Program-made: the position numbers and the translations under genes
Shown here: piece by piece, positions 12,733-27,553 of the stretch
Position numbering within the stretch: position 1 is the first letter of the stretch
Layout: each line of letters begins with the position of its first letter
The notes under the pieces: model-generated
Seen by the model: the letters and a program-made list of their open reading frames with translations, nothing else
The model's database searches: none
What the model was told of the DNA's origin: nothing
DNA from: the human T2T-CHM13v2.0 reference genome, Homo sapiens
Direction: 5' to 3' (one strand)
Length of the DNA stretch: 64,000 nucleotides
Assembly (NCBI RefSeq): GCF_009914755.1
Contig: NC_060933.1

Positions 12733-14320
12733 CTTTGTGGATTTATCTACCTTTGGTCTTTGAAGTCGGTGACCTTCAGAAGTGATCTCTGAGTGGACAT
12801 CCTTTTTGTTGATGTTGCTACTACTCCTTTCTGTTTGTTAGTTTTCCTTCTAACAGGCCCCTCTGCTGTAGGTCTGCTGGAGTTTACTGGAGGTCCGCTC
12901 CAGACCCTATTTGCCTGGGTATCACCGGCAGAGGCTGCAGAACAGCAAAGATTGCTGCCTGTTCCTTCCTCTGGAAGCTTCATCCCAGAGGGGCACCTGC
13001 AGATGTCAGCCAGAGCTCTCCTGTATGAGGTGTCTGTCGGCCCCTACTGGGAGGTATCTTCCAGTCAGGATACACAGGGGTCAGGGACCCACTTGAGAGG
13101 GCAGATTATCCCTTATTAGAGTTCGAAAGCTGTGCTGGGAGATCTGCTGCTCTCTTCAGAGCCATCAGGCTGGGACGTTTAAGTCTGCTGAAGCTGGGCC
13201 CAAAGCTGCCCCTTCCCCCAGGTGCTCTGTCCCAGGGAGATGGGGGTTTTATCTATAAGTCCCTGACTGAGCTGGTGCCTTTTTTTTCAGAGATGCCTTT
13301 CCCAGAGAGGAGGGAGTCTAGAGAGGCAGTCTGGCTGCAGCTGCCTTGCTGAGCTGCAGTGGGCTCCGCCCAGTTTGAACTTCCTAGTGGCTTTCTTTAC
13401 ACCGTGAGGGTAAAACCCTACTCAAGCCTGGGCAGTGGCGGATGTCCCTCCCCCCACCAAGCTCAAGCATTCCAGGTCGAGCTCAGACCACTGTGCTGGC
13501 AGTGAGAATTTCAAGCCAGTGGATCTTGGCTTGCCGGGCTCTGTGGGAGTGGGACCCACTGAGTCAGACCACTTGGCTCCCTGGCTTCAGCCCCCTTTCC
13601 AGGGGAGTGAACGGCTCTGTCTCACTGGTGTTCCAGGTGCCACTGGGGTATGAAAAAAAACTCCTGCAGCTAGCTCGGTGTCTGCCCAAACGGCTGCCCA
13701 GTTTTGTGTTTGAAACCCAGGCCCCTGGTGGTCTAGGCATCGGAGGGAATCTCCTGGTCTGTGGGTTGCAAAGACCATGGGAAAAGCACAGTATCTGGGC
13801 CAAAGTGCACGGTACAGCCCCTAATGGCTTCCCTTGGCTAGAAGAGGGAGTTTCCCAACCCCTAGCACTTCCTGTGTGAGGCAATACCCCACCCTGGTTT
13901 GGGTTGCCTTCCTTGGGCTATACCCACTGTCCAACCGTTCCCAATGAGAAGAACTGAGTACCTCAGTTGGAAATGCAGAAATCACCTGCCTTCTGTGTTG
14001 ATCTCACAGGGAGCTGCAGACCAGAGTTGTTTCTATTTGTCCATCTTGCCAGCAATCCAGCAAAAATCTCATAATGTTTTAAGGCAGTTTATGAATTTGT
14101 GTTGGACCACATTCAAAGCCGTCCTGGGCCACATGCAGCCCATGGGCTGTGGGTAGGACAAGCTTGGGTTAGACTGTTATACCCAGCACAGAGTAAGAAC
14201 TCAATACGTATTTATTGATTGAAAAAATGAATGTCTTCCAGAGGTGGCTTTTATTCAGGCTAATTTCTCCAGCTTAAGAAATTGAAGTTCCTAAAGTTTT
14301 TTTGACTCATTTGTGTATAT

Positions 14321-14962
14321 CATCCATTCTTATTATTCACAGTGGTAATAGTTTATAAAGTTGCTACAAACATGGAATTAGTGAATACTGAGCCATTGCT
14401 ACTAGAAGAAATACAAGGTTAGGCTCCTGTGAACTTCTGGTCACAACATTTTTGTCAATTAGTCAATATAAAACCTTGTTTTATGTGTGTCCTGTATAAA
14501 GACGCTGTTTAATGTATTTTGATTTATTAACATTGAACTCATGGCCAATAGCACCATAGCTCAGGCCTGATGGAAGCTTATCTAACACACATTTTCTCTT
14601 GTAAGGCAAATCATAGCCTTCTCCTTCAGAGCACTAGATAGCACCTCAGTGTTATGCTTGGGCCATTTTAAACAGTGACATCACCAACAAAATGCAGAAA
14701 AATGTGGCACTAAATAAAGTGTGAAAAGGACAGGACATGGGTTTACAATATGAGAGCTGAAACAAGAAGGCGGAATATTGCCTCGTTTGACCTTTGACCT
14801 CAGCTCTGAACATGAGTATGGGGGTCTCAGATTTTTTGCTGCTCTGCATATGTCCAAGAATGATTGGGAAAGTGCCTTGAGTGTTATTTTGGGGTTACAA
14901 GTAAACTGTAGCAAATAGGCAATTTCACCAATATGGAATCCATGAATAATGAGGATTGACTG
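14321..14962 (+). mobile_element. MER82 (TcMar-Tigger)
   Basis: 'attcttattattcacagtggtaatagtttataaagttg...gaattagtgaatactgagccattgct...' to 'gaataatgaggattgactg-ta'. Confidence 0.8.
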
Positions 14963-16370
14963 TATATGTATATATAATGATAAAATATATACTATATAAA
15001 TATATTTTACGTATATTTATATTTTATATATAAGGTCTATATAAAATACATAATGACCTAATTGTTAATATCTTATACATAGTGTTCCGCTACTTGGCAA
15101 TATATTGTATACAGGTCAATACTCTTTTACAAAATATATTCCAAAAAGTGTTTCTCAGGCCATTGTTAAGTCAGTTTGGGAAATACTGAGATCAAGGAAT
15201 CCTCTACGCCTGTGGCATCTAAAAAAAAACCAGCGCCTCAGGTTCTTATAGTTATGCTTTAAAGGGGACAGGGTCACTCGTGCCAAAAAGGAAGCTAAAA
15301 TCAATATCCCTCTTGCACTAGCATATTTTGCCTGTGTTTTGTTACTTTGCTTTTTCTAACTCTTGTAGCCCTTTTTACTGTATCTCATTGGATGAGGCAC
15401 AATTGGATCCCTCTGACATCATTATATACCTACTCATGTGAGAGGGTATTAACTATTAATTTTGTAATTACAATTTTTCTCTTACATGGCACAGATTTTA
15501 CATGTAGCTTTCTTCTGAAAAGGTGCAATGTAAAAGTTTTAGTGAAGATCTTGGCTCTGTCAGTGCCTCAGCATCAATTCATTCAATTTTGCATTCCTAC
15601 AGGCCTGTTCTGGGCTTCCACTTCATTCTCGCTCTCTAGGCATTCAACAAGAGCTTAATTTGACAAGAAGCCACGGGTTATCCTCAGTTCAAATAATTTC
15701 AAAATCTCATATCAGATGGCTCTTTTGGAAATGTCAACAATTTCTAAAATGTCAACGCTACAATATAAACAATGCTACATACATTGTTAATAGGAGAAGT
15801 AATTTCTAATCCCAATAAAACAGACCCCAGGGAAGTTTGTTGTGATGCCGTGTTTTTCGCTTGAGATCAGTAAAGACCCAGCTGCAGCTGGTGCCTGTCC
15901 ATGGCCTGGGATTGGAATTGTCTCATTTTCTAAGCCTAAGCATTATAGATTACATCTGGTATGTTGAAATATTTGATAAAATAAAAATGAACATTATTTG
16001 ATAATACATACAGTATAATTTCAACTGCATATAACTTTTAAAAGTAAATATGTATAATTTTTGCCCTTTAGAACTTACATACTCTCCCTGTTCCCATATG
16101 TTTTCTTTAACTTTTGAATTGAAAAAACAAACAAACAGACAAAAACCCTACTCTAGTCCAAAATATCCTTTTAGTATGGTCTTTATGTGCTTTGTTTAAT
16201 ATTCTATAATAATCAAAACCCTATAGATGAGTTAGTGATTGTGTTGTCCTGATTTTTTTCTTATATACACATATTTATGTGCTAAATTCAGATATGATGA
16301 AAAAATATTGCAGATGCAAAAATTTAGAAAATAATGATAATGAGAAAACGCCCTACAAAAACCCTTAAAC

Positions 16371-16510
16371 AGCTGGGCACAGTGGCTCATACCTGTAACC
16401 CCAGCACTTTGGGAAGCCAGGGACGAGGGTTGCTTGAGGCCAGGGGTTCAAGACCAGCCTGCATAACATAGCAAGACCCCCATCTCTACAAAAACAGACA
16501 AATAAATAAA
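16371..16510 (+). mobile_element. FLAM / free left Alu monomer
   Basis: Single Alu left arm followed by an A-rich tail. Confidence 0.85.
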
Positions 16511-16569
16511 GAACTTATAGCATGTGATCAAAACTGCAACCACAGATAAATCCAAGGCCTTCATACTTT

Positions 16570-16982
16570 ATTTTTATTTTAATAGGTTTTTGGGGAACAG
16601 GTGGTGTTTGGTTATAGGAATAAGTTCTTTATTAGTGGTGATTTATGAGATTTTGGTGTACCCATCACCTGAGCAGCTACACTGTACCCAATGTGTAGTC
16701 TTTTATTCCTCACCCCCCAACCCTTTACCCTGAGTCCCCAGAGCCCATTATATTATTCTTACACCCTTGCATCCTCATAGCTTAGCTTCCACTTATGAGT
16801 GAAAACATGTTTGGTTTTCCATTCCTGAGTTACTTCACTTAAAATAGTGGTCTCCAGTTCCATCCAGACTGCTGCAAATGCCATTATTTCATTGCTTTTT
16901 ATGGCTGAGTAGTATTCCATTATGTGTGTGTATGTGTGTATGTATATGTGTGTGTGTATATATAGATGTGTATATATATGCA

Positions 16983-17021
<39 letters not shown>

Positions 17022-17593
17022 GTATATACACATACCCCACATTAAAAAAAAATTCACTCATTGATTGATGGACATTTGGGCTGGTTCCATATTTTTGCAA
17101 TTGCAAAACTGTGCTGTTATAAACATGTATGTGCAAGTATCTTTTTTTGTATAATGACTTCCTTTCCTCTGGGTAGATACCTAGGAGTGAGATTGCTGGA
17201 TCAAATGGAAGATCTACTTCTAGTTATTTAAGGAATCTCTGCATTGTTTCCCATAGTGGCTGTACCAGTTTACATTCTCACCGACAATATAAAAGTGTTC
17301 CCTTTTCACCACATCCATACCAACATCTGTTAATTTTGATTTTTTGATTATGGCCATTCTTGCAGGAGTAAGGTGTTATCACATTGTGGTCTTGATTTGC
17401 ATTTCCCTGATCATTAGTGATGTTAAGCATTTTTTCATATGTTTGTTGGCCATTTATGTATCTTCTTTTGAGAATTGTTGATTCATGTCCTTAGCCCACT
17501 TTTTGATGGGATTGTTTGCTTTTTCTTGCTGATTTATTTGAGTTTGTTGTAGATTCTGGATATTAGTCCTTCATCAGATGTATAGTTTGCAAG
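16570..17593 (-). mobile_element. L1PB-type 5'-truncated LINE-1
   Basis: 3'UTR 'aataggtttttggggaacaggtggtgtttgg...cccatcacctgagcag'; imperfect TSD ggccttcatacttt (16556-16569) / ggacttcgtatttt (17611-17624). Confidence 0.88.
16921..17035. repeat. Compound (TG)n/(TA)n microsatellite inside the L1PB
   Basis: Directly visible. Confidence 0.9.
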
Positions 17594-17700
17594 CATGCCC
17601 AATCTCATCTGGACTTCGTATTTTTATTATTAAATAAGAATGAAAGTAAATGAACACCAGCATAAGTGATTTTAAAACAACCAACAGCCCTATGAAGAGC

Positions 17701-17737
17701 CCAGCACTTTGGGAGGCCAGGCAGGAGGGTTGCTTGA
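17701..17737 (+). mobile_element. 37-bp internal Alu/FLAM fragment between 15-bp direct repeats
   Basis: ccagcactttgggaggccaggcaggagggttgcttga flanked by agccctat(g/a)aagagc. Confidence 0.8.
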
Positions 17738-17949
17738 AGCCCTATAAAGAGCTCTTATAAATCAATATTCAAAGTTAAAAGTATCTTAGGAGAAAAATGG
17801 ATGGGAGAAGAAGGCCCATGTGCAAACAATTTTTGGGTCCCCAGAAAGGGAAGACTGGCTAAAAAATCTTCAGATGGGATTTGCTTTGGGACTCCTTGAC
17901 CACTGGGCCTTGTGATTTGCACCAGATTTACTTTCATCTCTTCTGGTAA

Positions 17950-18320
17950 AAGATATAAAAAGGCAATTTATGAAAGGACTGCTACAGATACCAGTAGATC
18001 TAATAAATGCCATACTTACTAAATAATAAATGAGTGAAAAAATAAATAAAATATGAATCTGCCACATTGTCCCAATAAATTGTCAAAAAAAGATAATATC
18101 TAGTTGGGTATGGGTGTAGGAAAATGAGCATTTTCATTCTGTTTGTGGAAGTATAAGCTGATTCAGCTTTTCTGAAGCAAAATTGGGCCCTATGTATTAT
18201 GAATCTCTTTTGAGGCATCAGTTTTATTACTGGGATTTTATCCTGAAGAAATAAGGATATGTGTAAAGGTGTATAAATAAGGATTTTCTTGTAGCATTTA
18301 TAAGAGGAGAAAATAGGCTA
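17950..18320 (+). mobile_element. Very old L1ME-like ORF2-end fragment
   Basis: Degenerate 'gggtgtaggaaaatgagcattttcattctgtttgtggaagtataagctgattcagc'. Confidence 0.45.
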
Positions 18321-18354
18321 CCATGAAGTCATTAAACGTACTCATAGCTATCCT

Positions 18355-18540
18355 TATCAAACATTTACTACATACAAGGCAATATACTAAGTATATGATG
18401 TGCTATCTCATTTATGAGGTTAGTATTTTAAAAATTGTGGCATAAAGAGGTTATGTAATTTATCAGATGTCACATAGTTAAGAATGAGCAAAACTTAAAT
18501 GAAACCTCAATCTTACTACTATAATAAATGTCCTTTATCA
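18355..18540 (-). mobile_element. MIR fragment
   Basis: 'aaaattgtggcataaagaggttatgtaatttatcagatgtcacatagttaag'. Confidence 0.45.
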
Positions 18541-18837
18541 CTGAAGAACTACATTTAATGATATAAGGAAATGTTTATAACATATTGCTATTAAAAATTA
18601 GGCTACCTTTAATATCTATTAGATATAAGACTATTCAGATTTTCTGTCTTGCCCATACTTTTCCTAAGTTATGTTTTTCCAGGAATTAGTCCATTTCATT
18701 TATCATTTCAAATTTATTGGCATAAAGTTGTTAATAATATCCTCATTATATTTGAATGTTTCTAGGAGCCATAGTTGATGTTCTTTTTTTTCCCTGTTTT
18801 TTCTTTTTTCTTGGTCTTTATAGGTATTTGTTAATTT

Positions 18838-19162
18838 AATTTTATTTATTTATTTATTTATTTATTATTTATTTATTTGTTGAGATGGAGTCTTGCTCTG
18901 TTGCCCCGGCTGGAGTGCAGTGGTGCGATCTTGGGTCACTGCAACCTCTGCCTCCTGGGTTCAAGCAATTCTCTGCCTCAGCCTCCCAAGTGGCTGGGAT
19001 TACAAGTGCCTGCCACCACGGCCAGCTAATTTTTTTGTATTTTTAGTAGAGACCGGGTTTCATCATCTTGGCCAGGTTGGTCTTCAACTCCTGACCTGGT
19101 GATCCACCCACCTCATCCTCCCAAAGTGCTGGGATTACAGGCTTGAGCCACCACGCCCGGCC
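18838..19162 (-). mobile_element. AluS-type SINE with (TTTA)n tail
   Basis: Full dimer; TSD tgttaattt (18829-18837 and 19163-19171). Confidence 0.95.
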
Positions 19163-19340
19163 TGTTAATTTTATTACTAGGGCTTTCAGAGAACCAACTT
19201 TTTGCTTTGTTCATCTTCTTATATGATTTTTTATTTAATTTCTAATGTTATCTTTAATATTTCCATGCTTCTACTTTGGGATTAATTTGACATCCTTTTC
19301 TCTTTCCAACTTCTTAAGATTAGGGTGCAGAGATCACTAA

Positions 19341-19870
<530 letters not shown>

Positions 19871-20811
19871 TTTTGGTGTTATTAGCTTAATTTTATGTGG
19901 TTAATTAAGACATAATCTGTATTATTTAAATCTTTGGAAACTTGTTGAAACTTGATTTTTGGCTCAGATTTTGCACAATTTAGTAAATGTTCGGTGGTAT
20001 TTGAAAAGAAGTATATTTGACACTAGTTGGGCACGCTGTTCTATATCTGTCCATTAGGTAGTTTGTTATTCTTGTTCAAATCTGTAGCCTTACTGATGTT
20101 TTATTTGCATTTTCTGTCAATTACTGAAAAGGATGTGTTAAAATCACCAATCATGGTATGGATTTCTGTATTTCTTTTATTTCTGCCAGAGTCTTTGCTT
20201 CATATATTTTTAGGTAACATTCTTAGATTCAAACAAATTTAGATATTACTATATTTTCCCTTTAAATTTTTTATCCCATTAAATGTCCCTCTTTTTTTCA
20301 GTAATGCTTCTTGCCTTAAAGTCTGCTTTGCCTTATATTACTGAGGATTCACCAGCTTTCTTTTGGTTAGTGTTTGCCTGGCATATGCAGTTTTTCTATC
20401 CTTTCACTCTCAACATCATTTACTTATGGTGTATCTTTTACATAATTGAGTTATTTATTTTTAATCCAGTCTGACAATGTTTTCTTTTAATTATACATTT
20501 GATTTATTCACATTCAATGTATTATTTATATATTTGAGTTTAAACCTACCATTTTAATACATACTTGTCATACTAGTCTATCCTCTTTTTTCTCCCTTTC
20601 TTGCCTTCTTTTTGGTTAATCAGTTTTTATTCCATTTCCTCTCTTCTTTTACCACTCTTTTAGGGATTAAACTTGATATATTAACATTCTTTTTTGATTT
20701 ATACAAGTATTTTATGTATTGTTACTTTTTTTAGTTTTGGATAAAGCAGAGATGGTAGAGCAGCCCCTGCCTGCCTCATATATTATTAATGTCAAGGATT
20801 TTAATGATATA

Positions 20812-21230
20812 TTTTATTTTTTAATTTTTATTTTAAGTTCAGGGGTACATCTACAGGTTTGTTATGTAGGTAAGTTGTATATCATAGGGGGTTGGTGTAC
20901 AGATTATTTCATCATCCAGGTAATAATCATAGTACCTGATAGGTAGTTTTTCAATCCTCTCCCTCTTCCTACCCTGTACCCAGAAGCAGGCCTCGGTGTC
21001 TATTCTTCCCTTTTTTGTGTCCATATATATTTGATATGTGAGTACATGTAGTAATTGGTTTTCAGTTCCTGTGTTAGTTCACTTAGGATAATGGCCTCCA
21101 GCTCCATCTATGTTACTGGAAAGGACATGACCTCATTCTTTTTTATGGCTGCATAGTATTCCATGTGTGTATATGTACCACATTTTTTATATCCAGGCAA
21201 CAGTTGATGGGCATTTAGGTTGATTCCATA
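20812..21230 (-). mobile_element. L1PA13-16-like 3' end
   Basis: 'aagttcaggggtacat...gttggtgtacagattatttcatcatccagg'; TSD taatgatatatttta / taatgacatgtttta. Confidence 0.85.
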
Positions 21231-21600
21231 TAATGACATGTTTTAAACTCCATGTGACATTATTACTATTATTTTGTAGTTAACATTCACCTGATATACT
21301 GACATACTTTACCCTTCCCATCATTCTGTATTCTGTCCTGTATCTCAAAGCTGCTTTCTGGGATTATTTTCCTTTCCCTTTTTATATGTCCACTAGTGTA
21401 TTTGTGCTGATTACAAATTTTTGTAGTTTTTGCATTAAGTGTATTTTACCTTAAATTTCAAATGGATTTTTGGTGGTTATAGAATTCTGTATTCAGAATT
21501 ATTTTCTTTTAGCAAATTGAAGACACTATTTTATCGTCTTCTCCTCCCTGCCTCTCCTGCCTTCCTCCACCACTGTTGGGAAATCAGTTGACGGTTTTAT

Positions 21601-21925
21601 TTATTTATTTGTTTATTTATTTATTTATTTATTTATTTATTTCTGGAGACAGAGTCTCGCTCTGTCCCCCAGGCTGGAGTACAGTGGCCCAATCTCGTCT
21701 CACTGCAAGCTCCGCCTCCCGGGTTCATGCCATTCTCCTGCCTGAGCCCCCGAGTAGCTGGGACTACAGGCATCTGCCACTACACTCAGCTAATTTTTTG
21801 TATTTTTAGTCGAGACAGGGTTTCACCGTGTTAGCCAGGATGGTCTCGATCTCCTGACCTCGTGATCCGCCCGCCTCAGCCTCCGAAAGTGCTGGGATTA
21901 CAGGCGTGAGCCCCCGCGCCCGGCC
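21601..21925 (-). mobile_element. AluY
   Basis: Y diagnostics 'gcaagctccgcc', 'ttcatgccattctc', 'ttagccaggatggtctcgatc'; many CpGs retained; TSD ga(c/t)ggttttat. Confidence 0.93.
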
Positions 21926-24484
21926 GATGGTTTTATGGTTTTACTTGTAATGTATTGCTTTTCTTCTGGCTGATTTTAAGGTTTTCCTTTTGTCTTTGTT
22001 TTTCAGCAGTTTGACCATGATGTGCTCAGTACCATTTTCTTTATATTTATTCATCTTGGAGTTTGTAGCACTTGGTGGTTTTATCATTTTTTTGGGAAAA
22101 TTTTTGCCATTATGTCTTCAAATTTTGCTTCTGCTTTACTCTCCCCTCTTCTTCTTAGACCATTTCATCATATCTCCTGTGTTTTTTATGTTCTTTGCTG
22201 TATTTTTTCATTATTTTGATTTTCCATGCTTCAGCCTGTATATTTTCTTCTGATGTTCTACTTCACTAATTATTCCTTTAGTTGTATGCAATCTGTTAAA
22301 TCTATCTATTGTACTGTCAATTTACAATGTTTATTTTTCACTTCTAGACTTTCTAGAATTTTCATTTATTTTCTGCTTTCCAGTTCTCTGCTGAAATTCT
22401 CTATCCTCTCATTTAATTGATTGAACATAATAATAGTTTGTCTGTCTTCGATATTTCAATATTTAAATCTCTTGTGAGTTTGTTTCTATTGTGTTTTTTC
22501 TTGATTTTTACATAAATCTTATCTTTTTACCTGCTCTTCCCCCCAACCTTTTTCTGATTGAGTGCCAGATATTTTTATAAAGAATTTTAGAGAAAAATTG
22601 AGGTTCTGGGTATTGTTTTCTTTCTCCAGGGAAGATTTCCTTTAGCTCTTTCTAGAGCTTGTCTAGACAGGTCAGCTTAATTCTTTCAGAATTGAGAGGA
22701 CTCAAATCTGGGCTTCCGTCCTTGGGTAGGTTAGTTTGTTTCTAGTTCACCCTTATTCTTTGGGGGCAACCTTTAAGAACCTTACTGAAAGTGTAGGGTA
22801 TTTGCCGGAGACCCTTCTCTTTGGGAAGCCTTGAACTCAAATGTTCTCTGAGTCCCGTGAAAATGAAGAAAATTGTGCTCACTTTCTTGTCTCCCATTTG
22901 TTATTTTCATTTTCAGAATTGGCAATTTGCCTTGAGGGGAAATGTGCTGTAAATTCTGGAATTACCTCTCTTGGTTTCCCTTATCTCCTAGACCTTGGCC
23001 CCACAACTTCTCACTGTCTTCGTAGTTGTTTGAGGCCAACATATATTTCAAGTATATATTTTAAAACAGCTTATAGTTGTTCTCCACAGGAGGGTTATTC
23101 TAAAAGTATGCATCATCCATTGCTAGAAGCAGAACTCCATTTTTTTTGCTAGTCGTAGAAATACGCATAAACAAACGGCTCAAGGAATTTAGAATTTTTG
23201 TAGTACCATGGAAGCTTTTGTTTTCATTTTTACTCCCTTATGAGATATGTTTTCTGAAAAGTGCATGAATTATGCTGAAATGTTTATTAAAATGAAAATA
23301 TATAGGACATTAACATCTGTATGTAAATTAGGATGCTAGTAGCAGCATTGATTTGTAATTGTTTTAAAATATTATTATAATAATAAAAAAGATATTAATA
23401 TATAAACCAAAGCATCACCTATAATCTCCTTATGTAAACTTACCTTTTTTATTTTCTGGTCTGTGCCTTTATTTTATATACAGCTATAACAGTGTGCATG
23501 TGAAGTGTGTGTTCATAGCATTGAATTTTAATGATGTACTTTGAGAAAAAATAGGCTTCCTGTATTTTTTTTCTATTACCATGTTTATAATTCTGGTCAA
23601 GTATCTTATCATTCTTTACCTAGAATTAAAAAGATTGGGGTTTATAGATTTTGGTTCTATCCTAAAGGTATATAGTTAAAATGTCAGATAAATGGTTAAG
23701 ATATTAACATCACTAAATGTATATGGCATCTTTCTACAGATGTTTCTCTTTCAAATTACAAAAGACATAAGGTGCATTTTGCTTCAGAATATTACATTTG
23801 GTTTTGCCTGCCTTTAAAAGCTTTATTTCAGCTTGTATGGATTATTTTCTGCTCTTCTTTGTTTGAAATCCATTTATCAATCTTCAGATGTAGTTTTCTT
23901 CCCAGAACAATGCCTTTGTGTCATTAATGGTGTTGGTATTGATCCTGAATGATACTAGACTGATGACTTGGAATCCTTTGATGATATCTCTGATAAACTT
24001 TTAGAAAAGACAAATTATTAGATTCACGTTAACATCACTATACTTACAGGTATCTTAATCAAATTCTTGACAATAAAAGGGGAAGCCAAATTTTAATTGA
24101 ATATTGCCCTTAAAAATGGAAGAATCCCAAGATTTTTGGTAGCTAGGTAATATTAAGTAGGTGAAAATAGGAAAAAAAATGTGTCTGTTCTTGGAAATAA
24201 AGAGTTTCAGGCCTTAGTAAACTAGAAGAGAGTCTTCTCTGAAAACATTGCTAATAATTCTTGTTACATTTAAAATATCAGTATTATGAAAAAACACAGG
24301 GATTAATCTAGGTCACATATCCACTCCTTTGAAAATGTGGCGACTCTAAGTTATGCGGTGAATTTTATTTTTATGAAAGGCTCTGGTAAAGAACTTATAT
24401 GGAGCTCCAGCTCTGGAAACTTCACTAGAGGTCCTAGAACCCTAGCCACTCGTTTTCTCTTTAGATTCCTTACGTTAAAATCTG

Positions 24485-25287
<803 letters not shown>

Positions 25288-26794
25288 AAGGGAGTCTTAC
25301 CAGTTTGTAGTTTATATGTATTTGTTACTTTGGTGAACTCCTGTTTTCTCATAGTGATGAACAGCAACACCCTAAAAAAATGCACCTTGTACATACTTTG
25401 AGATATCACATTGAAGGGAAGGGTGAGGACCAGGGAGACAGGGAAAGGTTCCAGGAGAAACAGTCCAGGTGATAGTAACTCTAAAATAGAAAGGAAAACA
25501 GTAAAAGCTCTGATGTCGGGCAAAATGGGCTCACAGAGGCAAAGAGGGCAGATGGAAGCAGAGTGCTGTTAAGGCTGGGGGTCTGGGTGGTTTCCCAATG
25601 ACTTCACCTTCTCATTCCTCATCCTTCAGAAGAGCCATACTGGTGGAAAGAGAACTTGCTGTGTTTTTCAGTGTAAATAGGAAACATATATCTGTTCAGG
25701 GTGCTATTTAAAAAACAACTACATCAAATTACAGAGAATGAAATGGTACTGTCATTTGAGTAAATTACCTATTTAATGTCAGTCATGACCTAATAATATG
25801 TTTTCTTTATATATAAAGGCAATGTCATTCCTCTGCTATCAGTAGGGCTATTTCCTCCCTCTGTCTTGCTTCATCTCCTTGTCTTGCTGAGGGGAGGGGT
25901 CAGGTGGAAGCCATGAAACACAATGACCCTGAATAGCTTTCACAACAATTGACACTTGGCCATGGCTACCTTAACGTCTTGTCTGGTGTTCTGAGAGTAA
26001 TCAGCCTCAGGCAATAATCTGATAGTTTGATAATTACATCACATTTTTTCCATAATACTCAAGAGCATTATTAAAGAATGTGTACAGTTTTTTCTCTTAA
26101 TTGTTCTGGGTAGAACTTTTATAGATGGTAAACTGTTGCAAGAACAGTTAAAATGGGATTTTCAAGGTTGTATAACATATTCTATTTAGATATAAGAATT
26201 TTACAACATCCCATTTAGTCTGCATTTTTGCAAAGACCTTTTATTTACAAGAAGTTGCATTTGCTAGCAAGTGTTCAGAAATATCCTTGATTTTTTTTTT
26301 TTTTTGGCACTGATCATCTATTTACTTAACAACTTAAAAGTACCATTCAGAAGCTCATACCCTCAACCCTTTCACCTTAGCTTCTCATGCTTTCAACACA
26401 GCATGTCTTCCTCTGAACTTGTCTTTTGTTTTCATTTTTTGTTGTTGTTGTTGTTCAGAGACAGAGTTTCACTCTGTCTCCCTCAACTCCCTACATCTGA
26501 ACTCCTAAAGCTCAGGACTGTTCCAGCTCCTGAGCCTGTTCAGATGGGGCCACGGGAAGAAGCAGCCTGAGACTCCCTATTTTGTGAACCTTGGAATAAA
26601 AACTTGCTTCAGTCCAGACCTTGGATGTGTCTTCCTTGAGGCCAGTTTCTGCAGCAGGTTCCTTACCCCCAGCCCTTATTTTATGTCCAAGTGAATAAGG
26701 AACTCTGGATCTCAGTCTGGTTCCTCTCCTTATTGGCTTTATGTTGTTACCTCTGCTTCATGCCTGAGCCTGTGTGCTTTGAAATTTGTGTGTG

Positions 26795-27045
26795 ACTATG
26801 ATAAGGATAAGAGTGAGTTCTGGAATCAGATGAGATAATTTTTAATTCTGGCTCTATAGTTTACCAGCAGAGTGGCCTCAGAAAGGTTATCAACCTCTCT
26901 ATAAGCCTCAGCTTTTCTCGTCTATAAAATGTGGATAATAACAGCATCTCCCTTATAGGATTGTTGAAGGATTAAGTGAAGTAATGTATGTCAAATTCTT
27001 GGCACCCAATGGTTGCTTAATAAGTGTTAGCTATTATTATTATGA
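26795..27045 (+). mobile_element. MIR SINE
   Basis: 'gcctcagcttttctcgtctataaaatgtggataataac...ggattgttgaaggattaagtga'. Confidence 0.8.
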
Positions 27046-27254
27046 CTTAGATGTTGACTGTTTGATGTAACCAATACAGGTAGATAGAACTCTAAGGTTC
27101 CTTATAGGTGAAGACTATGATAGGTCCATTGGCATATTAATTAATATTTGTTAAATGAGTAAATGATGGAGATGCCCTTTTTATACAGTTAACTTTCAAA
27201 TAAGAAGTTTTAAAAAGGTCCAGAGTGGTTTGTTCTTTCAAAAAATATATATAA

Positions 27255-27553
<299 letters not shown>

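Larger units (their letters stand above)
9451..14058 (-). mobile_element. L1PA7-like LINE-1 with both termini and a ~1.8-kb internal ORF2 deletion
   Basis: Poly(T)/3'UTR at 9451, ORF2 and ORF1 remnants, 5'UTR ending 'ccatcttgccagcaatcc'; bounded by a TSD inside MER30. Confidence 0.95.
9317..14166 (+). mobile_element. MER30 (hAT-Charlie MITE) split by an L1PA insertion (halves 9317-9450 and 14060-14166)
   Basis: 'tccaatcttttggcttccccaggccacattgg...' continues after the L1 as 'ttaaggcagtttatgaatttgtgttggaccacattcaaagccgtcctgggcc...ggacaagcttg'. The TSD 'aaaaa(a/t)ctcataatgtttt' is duplicated. Confidence 0.9.

Noticed and set aside
23880-24060. Possible coding exon after 'ttttcttcccag'
   Set aside because: All three + frames hit stops before a convincing donor.
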